64,000 nt of DNA from Flavobacteriales bacterium (GTDB lineage Bacteria; Bacteroidota; Bacteroidia; Flavobacteriales_F; PHOS-HE28), in contig JAEUSY010000049.1 in the NCBI GenBank assembly GCA_016788295.1, forward strand, positions 44,010-108,009. Reading direction: 5' to 3'. Positions 37,902 through 48,430 of this stretch are shown here, one piece after another (the stretch's first letter is position 1; every line of letters begins with the position of its first letter). Position numbers and translations under genes: made by a program. The notes beneath the pieces were generated by a model that did no database searches, was not told the origin of the DNA, and worked only from the letters and a program-made list of their open reading frames with translations.

Positions 37902-38546
37902 GTGAACCATTCCCCCGCTGCCACCGACCCACTGAACACACTTCCCGGCCACGTACTGCCGGTGATGGAGGCCTTCTACACCGTGCAGGGCGAAGGCCTT
38001 TTCACCGGGCAGGCCGCATACTTCATCCGCCTGGCGGGTTGCGATGTGGGCTGCACCTGGTGCGATGTGAAGGCGAGTTGGGATATGGACCAACATCCAC
38101 GTTACACGGTGGAAGAACTGGTGAAGGAGGCCGAACGCTATCCGGCCCGTATCGCCGTTATCACCGGCGGCGAACCCTTGATGCACGACCTTGGACCACT
38201 GACGACGGAACTGCGCAAGGCCGGCTTCCGAACACACATCGAGACCAGTGGCACGCAACCCATTTCGGGTGATTGGCACCATATCTGCTTCAGCCCGAAG
38301 AAGTTCAAAGCACCATTACCGGAGATCTATCCGGCGGCGCACGAACTGAAGGTCATCGTCTTCAACAAGCACGATCTGCAATGGGCCGAGGAACACGCAG
38401 CGCGGGTAGCATCCGGATGCGTGCTATTCCTACAGCCCGAATGGGAGAAACGCAACGCCATGATGCCCCTGATCGTGGAACATGTGCGCACACATCCCCG
38501 TTGGAGGATCTCGCTTCAGACCCACAAGTACCTGGATATCCCATGA
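37902..38546 (+). CDS. queE: 7-carboxy-7-deazaguanine synthase (radical SAM)
   Basis: MEAFYTVQGEG, FIRLAGCDVGCTWCDVK (CxxxCxxC), ITGGEP, IETSG, SPKK, SLQTHKY. The GTG start at 37902 is inferred. Confidence 0.93.
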   Translation: MNHSPAATDPLNTLPGHVLPVMEAFYTVQGEGLFTGQAAYFIRLAGCDVGCTWCDVKASWDMDQHPRYTVEELVKEAERYPARIAVITGGEPLMHDLGPLTTELRKAGFRTHIETSGTQPISGDWHHICFSPKKFKAPLPEIYPAAHELKVIVFNKHDLQWAEEHAARVASGCVLFLQPEWEKRNAMMPLIVEHVRTHPRWRISLQTHKYLDIP

Positions 38547-40534
38547 CCGGTATTCGTCCCCGATCTATTCGTGGTCCCTTTCATGCGCTCCGGCCCTTCC
38601 TTTCAATGGTCGCCGTGCTGATCATTTGGAGCGCTTCAGCGCAGCCGGGCGGATACTCCACCACCGACAAGAAGGCGATCAAGCAATACGAGAGCGGGGT
38701 GGAGTGCATGCGCCAACAACGCGCAGCCTGCGCCAAGAGCGAGTTCACCAAGGCCGCTGCTGCTGACGACCGCTTCGTGGAACCACGCATCATGTTGGCC
38801 GAGATCGCCGAGCAGGAAGGGGATGATACCGCTGCGATGAAGTACTACCGCGAGGTGATGAGCATTGCGCCGCGCTTCTTCCCCGTGGCCCAGTTGCACC
38901 TGGCCGACCTCGAGTTCCGCAACGGACAATACGCTGAGGCCGAGCGGAACTACAAAGGCTATTTGGAGAAGGAACAGGAACCGCAGCGTAAGGCGCGGGC
39001 AAGGCTCGGGATCGAGAACTGTGCGTTCGCTTCGCGGGCCATACAACAACCCGTTCCCTTCGAGCCCAAGAACCTGGGCCCCGCAGTGAACAGTTCCGAT
39101 CCGGAATACTATCCGTGCATCACGGCCGATGATGCCACACTGATCTACACCCGTCGTGTGAAGGCCCCGGAGATCCCCATCTATGGCATGCAGGAGGACT
39201 TCTACGTGAGCAACCGGGGAACAGATGGAGAGTGGCAGCCCGCAAGGACCATACCCACGGTGAGCACTTCCGCATACAACGAAGGCGCGGGCACCCTTAC
39301 GCCGGACGGGCGCTTCATCATCTTCACCAAATGTGCGCTGGAGGATGGATCGTATGGCGGTGTCCTGCGCGGCCTTGGGAGCTGCGACCTGTTCATTAGC
39401 CGCAGGGTGGGCGAGCGCTGGAGCCCGCCGGAGAACCTTGGTCCGCCGGTGAACAGCATGAACTGGGAAAGTCAGCCCAGCATGGCCAGCGATGGACGCA
39501 CGCTCTATTTTGTTCGTGGTCGTCGCACCGGTAACGGCGTCAGCGACATGGATATCTACACCACCGCATTGCAGGCCGATGGCACATGGAGCAAGCCCGA
39601 GAAGCTGGGCCCCAACGTGAATACGCCCTATCAGGAAGAGAGCGTGCAGATACACCCCGATGGCCGCACGCTGTATTTCAGCAGCAACGGACATCCCGGC
39701 TTTGGAGGGCTCGACATCTTCGTGAGCCGCATGCAGGACGACGGCACCTGGGGGAAGGCCCTGAACCTGGGCTATCCGATCAATAGCGGCGCCGATGAGA
39801 ACAGCCTGTTGGTGGGTGCGGACGGACGTATCGCCTACTTCGCTAGCGACCGGCCCGGCGGCTTGGGCGACCTCGATCTGTACAGCTTCGAACTGTATCC
39901 CGAAGCACGACCGCTGGCAGTTGGTTTCATCCGGGGTAAGGTGACCGACCGCACCAACGGACAGCCCGTGGAGGCCGACGTGGAACTGCTGGACCTCACC
40001 ACCGGCAAATTGGCCACCGCTGCCTACAGCGACCCCAAGACCGGGGAATTCCTCGTCTGCCTACCCACCGGACGTAGCTATGCACTGAACACTGGTGCGG
40101 AAGGCTATCTGTTCTTCTCGGAGAACTACGATGTGGCGGCCAACGCACCCAAGGAAGGCATCACACTGGATGTTCGGTTGAGCCCGCTCACCGCAGGCAG
40201 CTGCATCACCCTCCGCAACATCTTCTTCAATACGGCGAGCTATGAGCTTCTTCCCGCCTCGAACGCGGAATTGGACAAGCTCGTGCAGCTGCTGAGAAGC
40301 AACCCAACGCTTCGTATCGAACTTGGTGGACACACCGACAACGTGGGCAACGATGCCGCCAACCAGAAACTGAGCGAACAACGGGCCAATGCCGTGCGCG
40401 ACCATGTGGAGAGCAAAGGCATCGACGGGGCGCGGGTCACGGCGAAAGGCTACGGCGAGACCGTTCCTGTGGCCACCAACGACACCGAAGAGGGCAGGGC
40501 ACAGAACCGGCGTACCGAAGTGCGCGTGTTGTAG
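38543..40534 (+). CDS. OmpA-family protein with TPR and PD40 repeats (PorE-like architecture)
   Basis: TPR N-terminus, NLGPAVNS...PD40 repeats (SPDG/ASDG), carboxypeptidase-like domain, LRNIFF...IELGGHTDNVG...LSEQRANAV...GYGE.P...NRRTE. Confidence 0.92.
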   Translation: MTGIRPRSIRGPFHALRPFLSMVAVLIIWSASAQPGGYSTTDKKAIKQYESGVECMRQQRAACAKSEFTKAAAADDRFVEPRIMLAEIAEQEGDDTAAMKYYREVMSIAPRFFPVAQLHLADLEFRNGQYAEAERNYKGYLEKEQEPQRKARARLGIENCAFASRAIQQPVPFEPKNLGPAVNSSDPEYYPCITADDATLIYTRRVKAPEIPIYGMQEDFYVSNRGTDGEWQPARTIPTVSTSAYNEGAGTLTPDGRFIIFTKCALEDGSYGGVLRGLGSCDLFISRRVGERWSPPENLGPPVNSMNWESQPSMASDGRTLYFVRGRRTGNGVSDMDIYTTALQADGTWSKPEKLGPNVNTPYQEESVQIHPDGRTLYFSSNGHPGFGGLDIFVSRMQDDGTWGKALNLGYPINSGADENSLLVGADGRIAYFASDRPGGLGDLDLYSFELYPEARPLAVGFIRGKVTDRTNGQPVEADVELLDLTTGKLATAAYSDPKTGEFLVCLPTGRSYALNTGAEGYLFFSENYDVAANAPKEGITLDVRLSPLTAGSCITLRNIFFNTASYELLPASNAELDKLVQLLRSNPTLRIELGGHTDNVGNDAANQKLSEQRANAVRDHVESKGIDGARVTAKGYGETVPVATNDTEEGRAQNRRTEVRVL

Positions 40535-40535
40535 A

Positions 40536-41333
40536 TCAGGACCCTGAAAGCTCTGTAGCCCGCGCACTGGCCGCTATAATGGCGCGCTCCAGCACCTCCT
40601 GTAGACCGCCCTGTGCCATCACCTTGAAGGCAGCCTCGGTGGTGCCTCCCTTGCTCATCACGGCCTTGATCAATTCCTCGGGCGTGCGGTCCGCGTGTTC
40701 CATCAAGTGGAAACTGCCCAGCATGGTCTGCTTCACCAACGCACTGGCCACATGCGATTCCAGTCCAAGGCGAATGCCGGTCTCCACCATCACGCGCACG
40801 AACTCGAAGAAGTAGGCCGGACCACTGCCGCTCAGCGCGGTCACAGGGTCCAGCATGGCCTCATCCGCCAGGTGCATGGCGCGACCTGTGCAGTTCAACA
40901 ATTGCTCCACCATCAAGGTCTGCCGCATGCTCAGTTCGGTACCCGTAGCATAGGCCGTTATGCCCATACCTATCTGCGCGGGCGAGTTGGGCATGGCGCG
41001 CACAACGGTGTCGTGACGAAGGTTCTCGCGCATGCGCTGTAGGGTGATGCCTGCCATGATGGATAGAACCACCTGCTCCGGGCGCAGCACAGCAGCTAAC
41101 GCAGGCGCAATGGTGCCGAAGTCCTGGGGTTTCACGGCCACGATCACGAGATCACTCGTTGACACGCGCTCATCCACAATGTCGGTCACCTGTCCGAACC
41201 GTTCCAGTTCAGCCCGGCGGCCACCACCGCGGATAACAAGTAGGAGGTCATCAGCCTTTACCAGACCGTATTTGCGAAAACTGCGGGCATAGGCGGTGCC
41301 CATGTTGCCACAGCCGACAATGGAGATACGCAT
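40536..41333 (-). CDS. proC: Pyrroline-5-carboxylate reductase
   Basis: IVGCGNMG, AVKPQ, SIMAGIT, VRAMPN, TALSGSGPAY, VMSKGGTT. Confidence 0.95.
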   Translation of the reverse strand: MRISIVGCGNMGTAYARSFRKYGLVKADDLLLVIRGGGRRAELERFGQVTDIVDERVSTSDLVIVAVKPQDFGTIAPALAAVLRPEQVVLSIMAGITLQRMRENLRHDTVVRAMPNSPAQIGMGITAYATGTELSMRQTLMVEQLLNCTGRAMHLADEAMLDPVTALSGSGPAYFFEFVRVMVETGIRLGLESHVASALVKQTMLGSFHLMEHADRTPEELIKAVMSKGGTTEAAFKVMAQGGLQEVLERAIIAASARATELSGS

Positions 41334-41349
41334 GCCGCAAAGGACGCGA

Positions 41350-41676
41350 TCATTTTGCCAGCACCTTCAGGCCGACAATGGACATGATCAACGTGGACAG
41401 GAAGAAGATGCGCCAACCATCGGCCGGTTCCTTGAACAGTGTGACACCCACGATGACAGTGCCTGCCGCGCCGATGCCTGTCCACACCGCGTAGGCCGTT
41501 CCCACCGGAAGGGTCTGCACGGCCTTGTAGAGCAGCGCCATGCTGATGGAGAGGCAAACGATGAAGCCGACCAGCCACCACATGGCCTCGGTGCCTTCGC
41601 TCTGTTTGGCCTTTCCCAGGCACGAAGCAAAGCCGACCTCGAACAGCCCGGCGATCACCAGCAATAACCAGTTCAT
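41350..41676 (-). CDS. SMR family efflux transporter (SugE/Gdx-like)
   Basis: WLLLVIAGLFEVGF, LPVGTAYAVWTGIGAAG, 4 TM helices. Confidence 0.92.
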   Translation of the reverse strand: MNWLLLVIAGLFEVGFASCLGKAKQSEGTEAMWWLVGFIVCLSISMALLYKAVQTLPVGTAYAVWTGIGAAGTVIVGVTLFKEPADGWRIFFLSTLIMSIVGLKVLAK

Positions 41677-41714
41677 GGGCCGAAGCTACCACGTATGGGA
41701 CAGGAGCGTCCTGT

Positions 41715-42968
41715 TCAGAAGCCCACTTGCATGCGGAGCGCAGCGCCCATGCCGCGCATGCTGTCATCCACAAGACCCATCACCTGCGATATGGAAAGGT
41801 CGGCGCTGAAATTGGTGCCAACGCAGATCTGGCCGGCCACACCGAAACGCCAACCACCTGTGCCACCAGCGGCCACATTGGTCGAAACGCGCGCAACATC
41901 GCCCATGCGCCGCGCCATGGTGAAGGTGAGCTGGGGCGCATAGCCGGGCAGGTACTGCTGGTCGATCCGCAAGCCTCCCTGCCAGCGTTCCTCGGGCGAA
42001 GTACACAAGGCCAGCGAGGCGCGGAAGGGCAACGCACGCGTGAAGGCGGTGTGGGTGGGACGGACCCCGAACGTATCCAGCAACTGCGCCTCGCCGAGCA
42101 CCACAGCATCCAGATCGAAGACATCGGCCACGGTGATGCCGTTGTAGGCCACCGTGGTATCCTGGTCCACGCGCAACGAGCGGTCGTTCCAACGAATGAA
42201 GCCGAGATCGCTCACCGAGGCCATCAACCACAATGGCCCCGGCACCGATCCGAGCTGCCAGCTCCATGTCCCGGAGACGGACATCCCGGTGCCGTTCCAT
42301 GCGCCAAGCCCGCTGGTCGCCGTGTCGCTCTGCCAATAACGTGCATTCATTCCCACATCAAGCATACGGCCATCAGCCGCGGTATACAGGCCGGCCTGTT
42401 CAATATCACTTGCGTTAAGGAGCTGGCCTTTCACCAGTGCCACCCGCAGCGATCGGCCATTGCGGTGGTCCACAAGACCGGCGTAGAACGATTGGAACCG
42501 GATGTTCTCATGCGCCGAGCTCGATAGGTCGGCCGTGCGTTCAGCATAGTCGGCATTGCCGAAGAAGGTTAGCGCATAGAGGTCGCGCGAGTAGCGGATG
42601 CCTAGCAGCTCGGTGTGTTCAAGGCCTGCGGTCGGTCGCCATGTGCCCTCAGGCCCGCCCAACAGCTTTCCGGTCCATGAGAGACCTCCGCGTAATTCGT
42701 ATCCGAAGCGATTACCGAACTGGCTGGTTCCCCAGGAACGCTCACGTAATGGGCGGTCCAGATCGCGGCCCAGCCAAAGGCCGAGCATCATTTCATTGCG
42801 GATGGCGCTGGCGTTCTGATCGCCAATGGCCTGCACCGTGATCCATTGATCCCTCGTCCGCATGGCACCAAGCTCCAGCACTGGATCGGGTGCCAGCACG
42901 GGTACTTGTGCAACCGCCGGGCAAGCACAAGCCACGCAAAGAGCAACGACCAAGGACCTATTCATCAC
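41715..42968 (-). CDS. Outer-membrane beta-barrel, DUF5723-like
   Basis: Signal peptide, alternating amphipathic strands, C-terminal F (MQVGF). Confidence 0.65.
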   Translation of the reverse strand: MMNRSLVVALCVACACPAVAQVPVLAPDPVLELGAMRTRDQWITVQAIGDQNASAIRNEMMLGLWLGRDLDRPLRERSWGTSQFGNRFGYELRGGLSWTGKLLGGPEGTWRPTAGLEHTELLGIRYSRDLYALTFFGNADYAERTADLSSSAHENIRFQSFYAGLVDHRNGRSLRVALVKGQLLNASDIEQAGLYTAADGRMLDVGMNARYWQSDTATSGLGAWNGTGMSVSGTWSWQLGSVPGPLWLMASVSDLGFIRWNDRSLRVDQDTTVAYNGITVADVFDLDAVVLGEAQLLDTFGVRPTHTAFTRALPFRASLALCTSPEERWQGGLRIDQQYLPGYAPQLTFTMARRMGDVARVSTNVAAGGTGGWRFGVAGQICVGTNFSADLSISQVMGLVDDSMRGMGAALRMQVGF

Positions 42969-44580
42969 CGTTCACGACGTAGTTGAAGGACCCGGTGATC
43001 TGCACCTGCAATGCGTAGGTGTCAAGAATGCGCAGGTGCATCGATTGGGTGCTGGTGCTGAGGACCACCCGCGACCGCAACCGCGTTCCTTGATAGAGCA
43101 GGTCCACTTGGTGCGGTGCCAGATAGGCGGTAAGCACACTCGAAGCAGGGGAGGTGACCAACCCGTTCGCTCCCAGCGGCCCGGCAGGAATGATGCCTTG
43201 CACAGGCACTTCGCTAAGCACATTCCCTGCGGCATCCACAATGGCCAATTGGAACTGGCCCACCAGGGGGAAACCGTTCGTGGTAAAGAGCTTCAGAGTG
43301 CCTTCGCGCAGCCCGTGTCCCTCGGCCGTCCCGGGCAGATCGGGCGTGGAGAAGGTTTCCAGTGTCAGGCCTTGAGCCCTTATCCGCAGTGGCACCTCCA
43401 ATTCCAGCGAAGCCTTGATCTTGCTCTCGTAGTACAGGAAATCGTTGCCGCTGCTCACATCGCCCAAAGGGTTCAGGCGCATATCCATGGCGTAGGACAC
43501 CTGGTCCGGCATGTTCTCAATGAACTGGTCGATGTTGCTGTTCGCGTTGTTCAGCGTGTTCTGATAGATGCTTGGAACAAAGCCATTGCCCAGGTCCAAC
43601 GCGCGGTTCAGGTTGATGGGACCGTTCATGATGGCGTGCGTCAGGTCCACCGTAACCCCGGTGCGCGTGTTCACCGCTTGGAAACTCCGCATGGCAACCT
43701 GGATGTCCACGCCGATGCCGTTCTCCACACGAAGGCGCAGTGTGGCCTCATCCAGGTCCAGCGTGCCGGCAATGATCGAGTTGAAAAGACCGAGGTCCGA
43801 GACATCCGGACCCACCTCCACCGTGCGCGCACCGAAATAGCCTTTCGCATACTGTGGCACCAGACCGCTGTATTTCGCTTCCAGGATCACACTGTCCTGA
43901 TCGGTCACGGTGGCGCCTTGGCCATTGGGGTCGAGTTGAGCGCCCAGGATGGTCTGTATGGTGTTCACTTGGTTGAACTGGGGGCCGCGCAGATCGAAGG
44001 AGCTACCGGCCAGGTCGCGCATATCGGTGCTGTAGGCCGGCGATTGGGGCGAGCCTGCACCTACGGTGGTGCTCAAAAGAGAACTTCCGTTCGCAAGCAC
44101 AACGCCGGGCAGTTCCAGTTGACCAATGACCGCACTGGCCACCATGTTCTTCATGCGCAGGTCCAATCGTCCTTCGCGCAGCACCAGTCTCCTCAGTGCC
44201 ACATCGCCAAGATCAAAGCGCTGCACATCGTTCTGGCTGAAGAAGTTGATACCGGGCGGGAAATTCAACGGACCGGTGACAGGCAGGGCATAGGGGTAGA
44301 TGAACGACGTGTCCGGTGCTGACAGCAGCGTGTCCAGGTCCACGGTGAACAGGTCGCTCCGGTAGATCAGCGTCACGGCCCCCTCACTGTCCGCGGTGAT
44401 CAGCGAATCGGCCACCAGATCACGAATGGTAAGGGTACTGGTGACCAACGGTGCCAACACGTCCACATCCCACCTTGGGCGGTCACCTTCTTTGCGACAT
44501 GCCGTAAAAAGCAGCGTTGCCACAAGGAGCCGGGAGGCAACCCGAACGAGGGTGGTTACGTTCACCATATAGAGCGGCAA
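42958..44580 (-). CDS. Large beta-rich lipoprotein of unknown function
   Basis: Lipobox LFTAC-RKE, W.VDVLAPL motif, overlaps the barrel gene by 11 nt. Confidence 0.75.
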   Translation of the reverse strand: MPLYMVNVTTLVRVASRLLVATLLFTACRKEGDRPRWDVDVLAPLVTSTLTIRDLVADSLITADSEGAVTLIYRSDLFTVDLDTLLSAPDTSFIYPYALPVTGPLNFPPGINFFSQNDVQRFDLGDVALRRLVLREGRLDLRMKNMVASAVIGQLELPGVVLANGSSLLSTTVGAGSPQSPAYSTDMRDLAGSSFDLRGPQFNQVNTIQTILGAQLDPNGQGATVTDQDSVILEAKYSGLVPQYAKGYFGARTVEVGPDVSDLGLFNSIIAGTLDLDEATLRLRVENGIGVDIQVAMRSFQAVNTRTGVTVDLTHAIMNGPINLNRALDLGNGFVPSIYQNTLNNANSNIDQFIENMPDQVSYAMDMRLNPLGDVSSGNDFLYYESKIKASLELEVPLRIRAQGLTLETFSTPDLPGTAEGHGLREGTLKLFTTNGFPLVGQFQLAIVDAAGNVLSEVPVQGIIPAGPLGANGLVTSPASSVLTAYLAPHQVDLLYQGTRLRSRVVLSTSTQSMHLRILDTYALQVQITGSFNYVVNGDE

Positions 44581-44655
44581 AATACAGCCCGGTTGACACT
44601 GGTCGTGTCACACATTAGGGCGTGAACGTATTATTGCCAACGAGGAGGCCCTCAG

Positions 44656-45108
44656 GTGAACATGCTTTGGTCCCGACATATCCTGCTGCCGTGGCTGCTT
44701 TCGTCGGTATCCATGTACGTCGTCTCCTATTTGTGGCATGGTCTGGCGCTTACCGATCTACAGGAATTGAAAATTCCATTGGGTCTGTATCTGGCGTTGG
44801 CCGGCATGGTCTATCTCGTCATCGGCTTGGCGCTCACCATTGGTACGCACAAGGCTGTTCAATACGAATACTTGTCCCTTAAGGGTCCTTTCCCGCTAAC
44901 GGCCGCATTACTCGGGGCCGCATTGGGCTTCTTTGTCTACCTTGTGATCTTCGTTCTTGGCATGACCTTCACCAAGCACGGCATGATGCACGTGGTGGCG
45001 GACATCGTGTGGCAGATGTTCGAACAGGGCATTGGCGGTCTGGCCGTCAGCTTGGGCATCATTTGGGACATGCACAAGCGGTTCCTGGAACAGGAGCGGG
45101 CCAATTGA
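44656..45108 (+). CDS. 4-TM hypothetical membrane protein
   Basis: Four hydrophobic segments, SYLWHG motif. Confidence 0.72.
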   Translation: MNMLWSRHILLPWLLSSVSMYVVSYLWHGLALTDLQELKIPLGLYLALAGMVYLVIGLALTIGTHKAVQYEYLSLKGPFPLTAALLGAALGFFVYLVIFVLGMTFTKHGMMHVVADIVWQMFEQGIGGLAVSLGIIWDMHKRFLEQERAN

Positions 45109-45111
45109 TCG

Positions 45112-46389
45112 TTAGCTGCGGTACTTGCCTTTCCAGAGCTTTTCCAACAGGGCGGCATGTTCCTGCTCCCGTGGGTTCTTCCCGGGCTCGTAGAACCGGG
45201 TGCCGCTCAGTTGCGCAGGCAGGAACTCCTGGTCGATGAAGTTGCCCTCGCCATCATGGCTGTACTGGTACTCTTTACCATAGCCTATTTCTTTCATCAG
45301 CTTCGTGGGGGCGTTCCGTAACGGGATAGGCACGGCCAGATCGCCGGTCTCTCGCACCTTGGCCTGTGCAGCACCAATGGCCATGTAGCTGGCATTGCTC
45401 TTGGGCGAGCAAGCGAGGTAGACCGCGCATTGGCTCAGGATGATGCGGCTCTCGGGCCAGCCGATCATCTGTGCGGCCTGCATGGTGGTGGTGGCCATCA
45501 ACAGGGCGTTCGGGTTGGCATTGCCAATGTCCTCGCTGGCCAGGATCAGCATGCGCCGGGCAATGAACAAGGGATCCTCGCCTCCTTCCACCATGCGCGC
45601 CAACCAGTAAACGGCCGCGTTGGGATCGCTGCCACGCATGCTCTTGATGAAGGCGCTCACGATGTCGTAATGCTGTTCCCCTTGCTTGTCGTAGCGGGCG
45701 GCGTTGGTCTGCACTACCTGGTGCACCAGTTCATCGGATATGACCACTTCGGCCGTGCTTGACGCCTTCACGCACAGTTCGAAGGTGTTCAGCAGCCTGC
45801 GCGCATCACCACCGCTCGAACGCATCAGGGCATCGGTCTGCTTCAGCGTGATGGAGCGTGTGCGGAGCTGCTCATCACCAGCCATGGCCCGGTGCATCAA
45901 TTGCAGCAGTTCTTCTTCCGTGAGCGGTTGAAGGATATAGACCTGGCAGCGCGAGAGCAACGCACCGATCACCTCGAAACTGGGGTTCTCGGTGGTGGCG
46001 CCAATAAGGGTGATCGTGCCTTTCTCCACTGCACCCAAAAGGCTGTCCTGCTGCGCCTTGCTGAAGCGGTGGATCTCGTCGATGAAGAGCACAGCGCTCC
46101 GCGAGAAGAGTCCACTGCCACCTGCCTTTTCGATCACTTCGCGCACATCCTTCACCCCGCTGCTGATAGCGCTCAGGGTGAAGAAGGGGCGTTTGAGGTC
46201 CTGGGCGATCAAGCGCGCCAAGGTGGTCTTACCAACGCCCGGAGGCCCCCAGAGGATCATGCTGGGCAGCATCCCGCCAGCCAGTGCTTTCCGAAGAACC
46301 CCGTCCGGGCCGATCAGGTGTTGCTGGCCCACCACCTCGTCCAAGGTGTTGGGCCGCATGCGTTCGGCTAAGGGGGAGAACTGATCCAT
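45112..46389 (-). CDS. rarA: Replication-associated recombination protein A
   Basis: PLAERMRP, WGPPGVGKTT, FIDEIHRF.K.QQD, SAFIKSMRGSDP, ASEDIGNA, P..LRNAPT. Confidence 0.96.
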   Translation of the reverse strand: MDQFSPLAERMRPNTLDEVVGQQHLIGPDGVLRKALAGGMLPSMILWGPPGVGKTTLARLIAQDLKRPFFTLSAISSGVKDVREVIEKAGGSGLFSRSAVLFIDEIHRFSKAQQDSLLGAVEKGTITLIGATTENPSFEVIGALLSRCQVYILQPLTEEELLQLMHRAMAGDEQLRTRSITLKQTDALMRSSGGDARRLLNTFELCVKASSTAEVVISDELVHQVVQTNAARYDKQGEQHYDIVSAFIKSMRGSDPNAAVYWLARMVEGGEDPLFIARRMLILASEDIGNANPNALLMATTTMQAAQMIGWPESRIILSQCAVYLACSPKSNASYMAIGAAQAKVRETGDLAVPIPLRNAPTKLMKEIGYGKEYQYSHDGEGNFIDQEFLPAQLSGTRFYEPGKNPREQEHAALLEKLWKGKYRS

Positions 46390-46458
46390 GGCAAGCTGGC
46401 CCGCGAAGGTAGGTCCAGCCCAATGGCCGCGCTTATCAGCACGACCTTATGGCAATGC

Positions 46459-46593
46459 TCAAGGATGCAGGAAGAGCAGAAGACCCAGGACCACAAGCCC
46501 CCAGAGCTCGATGTCGCGCAATTCGTGCTTGCAACGGAGTATGAAAGCGTTGCGCTCGTCGGCTGAGCGCAGGAGAAGGTTAACGGTCTTCAT
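46459..46593 (-). CDS. Putative 44-aa small membrane protein
   Basis: MKTVNLLLRSADERNAFILRCKHELRDIELWGLVVLGLLLFLHP*, with a C-terminal TM helix and CTACTTTG -7 motif at 46647-46654. Confidence 0.5.
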   Translation of the reverse strand: MKTVNLLLRSADERNAFILRCKHELRDIELWGLVVLGLLLFLHP

Positions 46594-46887
46594 GTGCGGC
46601 TGGCTATCTCGTCCAAGTAGCCCGGTCGTCTGAAGCAGAACGGCCGCAAAGTAGTTCGAGCCCGATCCACCTGTCAAGCCCCGTCTTCGGAATAGCCGCA
46701 TTCGACCGACCAATTCAGCCGCTCGTCGACAACAATGAGATCTCTTGTGTAGCCACTACATTGGGCGATGCTCAGCGGCTGCCGGTTCCATCTGTTCAAA
46801 ACTTTTTGCCGGAAAATTTGGCAAACCCGGAGCCGGTCGCTTATTTGCACGTCATCAAGCTGACAGTATTTACGTCAAGCAAAGCCA

Positions 46888-47343
46888 GTGAGCCACCTGC
46901 AGATCGGCGATAAAGCCCCAGCACTAAAAGGTAACGATCAGGATGGACGTCCGATCGACCTGAAGGCGTATGCCGGCAGGAAGGTGGTGCTCTATTTCTA
47001 TCCCAAGGACGACACTCCGGGCTGCACTGCTGAGGCATGCAGCCTGCGTGATGCGCACGAAGAACTACGCGATCAAGGCTATGATGTCATCGGCGTTAGT
47101 CCGGACACCGAGGCCAAGCACCGCAAGTTCGCCGATAAGTATGCGCTGCCCTTCCGGCTGCTGGCGGATACCGAACGCGCCACTATAACCGCATACGGTG
47201 TATGGGGGCCGAAGAAGTTCATGGGACGTAGCTTCGACGGCGTATTACGCACCACCTTTCTCATTGACGAGAAGGGATGCATCGAGCGCATCATTTCCGA
47301 TGTTCGGACTAAGGACCACGCAGCACAGGTGATGAACGGCTGA
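46888..47343 (+). CDS. bcp: Thioredoxin-dependent thiol peroxidase (BCP/PrxQ)
   Basis: [29 protein letters not shown]; GTG start. Confidence 0.95.
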   Translation: MSHLQIGDKAPALKGNDQDGRPIDLKAYAGRKVVLYFYPKDDTPGCTAEACSLRDAHEELRDQGYDVIGVSPDTEAKHRKFADKYALPFRLLADTERATITAYGVWGPKKFMGRSFDGVLRTTFLIDEKGCIERIISDVRTKDHAAQVMNG

Positions 47344-47389
47344 GGTCCGGGGAACACATTCAACCGCAACCAACAAACACACATACGAC

Positions 47390-48409
47390 ATGGCCGCAGA
47401 GATCAACAAGGAGAAGCTGAAAGCCCTTCAGCTCACCATGGACAAGATGGAAAAGACCTTCGGCAAGGGGGCCATCATGCGCATGGGCGATGATGCCATC
47501 GAACAAGTGGAGGTCATCTCGTCCGGTTCCATCGGGCTCGACCTCGCCTTGGGCGTGGGAGGCTATCCCAAGGGACGTGTGATCGAGATCTATGGTCCCG
47601 AATCATCGGGTAAGACCACTTTGGCCATCCATGCCATTGCCGAGGTACAGAAGAAGGGTGGCATTGCCGCCATCATCGATGCGGAACATGCCTTCGACCG
47701 CTTCTATGCCGAAGCCTTGGGCGTGGATACCGAGAACCTGCTGATCAGCCAGCCCGACAACGGCGAACAAGCGCTGGAGATCGCCGACAACCTGATCCGT
47801 TCCGGCGCCATCGACCTGCTGGTAGTGGATAGCGTGGCCGCACTGACGCCCCGCGCCGAGATCGAGGGTGAAATGGGGGATAGCGCCGTGGGCATGCAGG
47901 CCCGTCTGATGAGCAAGGCCCTGCGCAAGCTCACCAGCACCATCGGAAAGACCGGCTGCTGCTGCATCTTCATCAACCAGTTGCGCGAGAAGATCGGTGT
48001 GATGTTCGGCAACCCCGAGACCACCACGGGCGGTAATGCGCTCAAGTTCTACGCGACCATCCGCCTCGACATCCGTCGCGCCACACAGATCAAGGAAGGG
48101 GAGAACGCCATCGGTAATCGCACCAAAGTGAAAGTGGTGAAGAACAAGGTCGCTCCTCCGTTCCGCAAGGCCGAGTTCGACATCATGTTCGGCAAGGGCA
48201 TCAGCAAGACCGGCGAGATCATCGACATGGGTGTGGAACTGGGCATCGTGAAGAAGAGCGGAAGCTGGTTCAGCTACGAGGACAACAAGCTGGGACAGGG
48301 CCGCGACATGGTGCGCCAACTGCTCGACGACAACACCGAGCTCTGCGATGAGCTCGAACAAAGGATCAAGGAAGCGGTAGCCAAGACCGAAGCTCCGGTC
48401 ACGGCCTGA
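47390..48409 (+). CDS. recA: Recombinase A
   Basis: [45 protein letters not shown]. Confidence 0.99.
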   Translation: MAAEINKEKLKALQLTMDKMEKTFGKGAIMRMGDDAIEQVEVISSGSIGLDLALGVGGYPKGRVIEIYGPESSGKTTLAIHAIAEVQKKGGIAAIIDAEHAFDRFYAEALGVDTENLLISQPDNGEQALEIADNLIRSGAIDLLVVDSVAALTPRAEIEGEMGDSAVGMQARLMSKALRKLTSTIGKTGCCCIFINQLREKIGVMFGNPETTTGGNALKFYATIRLDIRRATQIKEGENAIGNRTKVKVVKNKVAPPFRKAEFDIMFGKGISKTGEIIDMGVELGIVKKSGSWFSYEDNKLGQGRDMVRQLLDDNTELCDELEQRIKEAVAKTEAPVTA

Positions 48410-48430
48410 TCACCATCACCCGCTACTTTT

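Noticed and set aside
37848-39000. queE as part of a 7-deazaguanine DNA-modification (dpd) island
   Set aside because: No dpdA, queC, queD or folE nearby; the queE-OmpA context looks like housekeeping.
46805-46825. TTTGCC-N9-GGCAAA dyad between the small ORF and bcp
   Set aside because: It can be explained by back-to-back TTTG promoter elements, and there is no independent support for an operator.
47351-47361. GGA-N5-TTC before recA as a Bacteroidota SOS box (GGA-N5-TCC)
   Set aside because: One mismatch in a 6-bp motif is expected by chance, and there is no matching site before rarA.
46888-48409. bcp-recA linkage as a novelty
   Set aside because: This pairing is already known in Bacteroidota.
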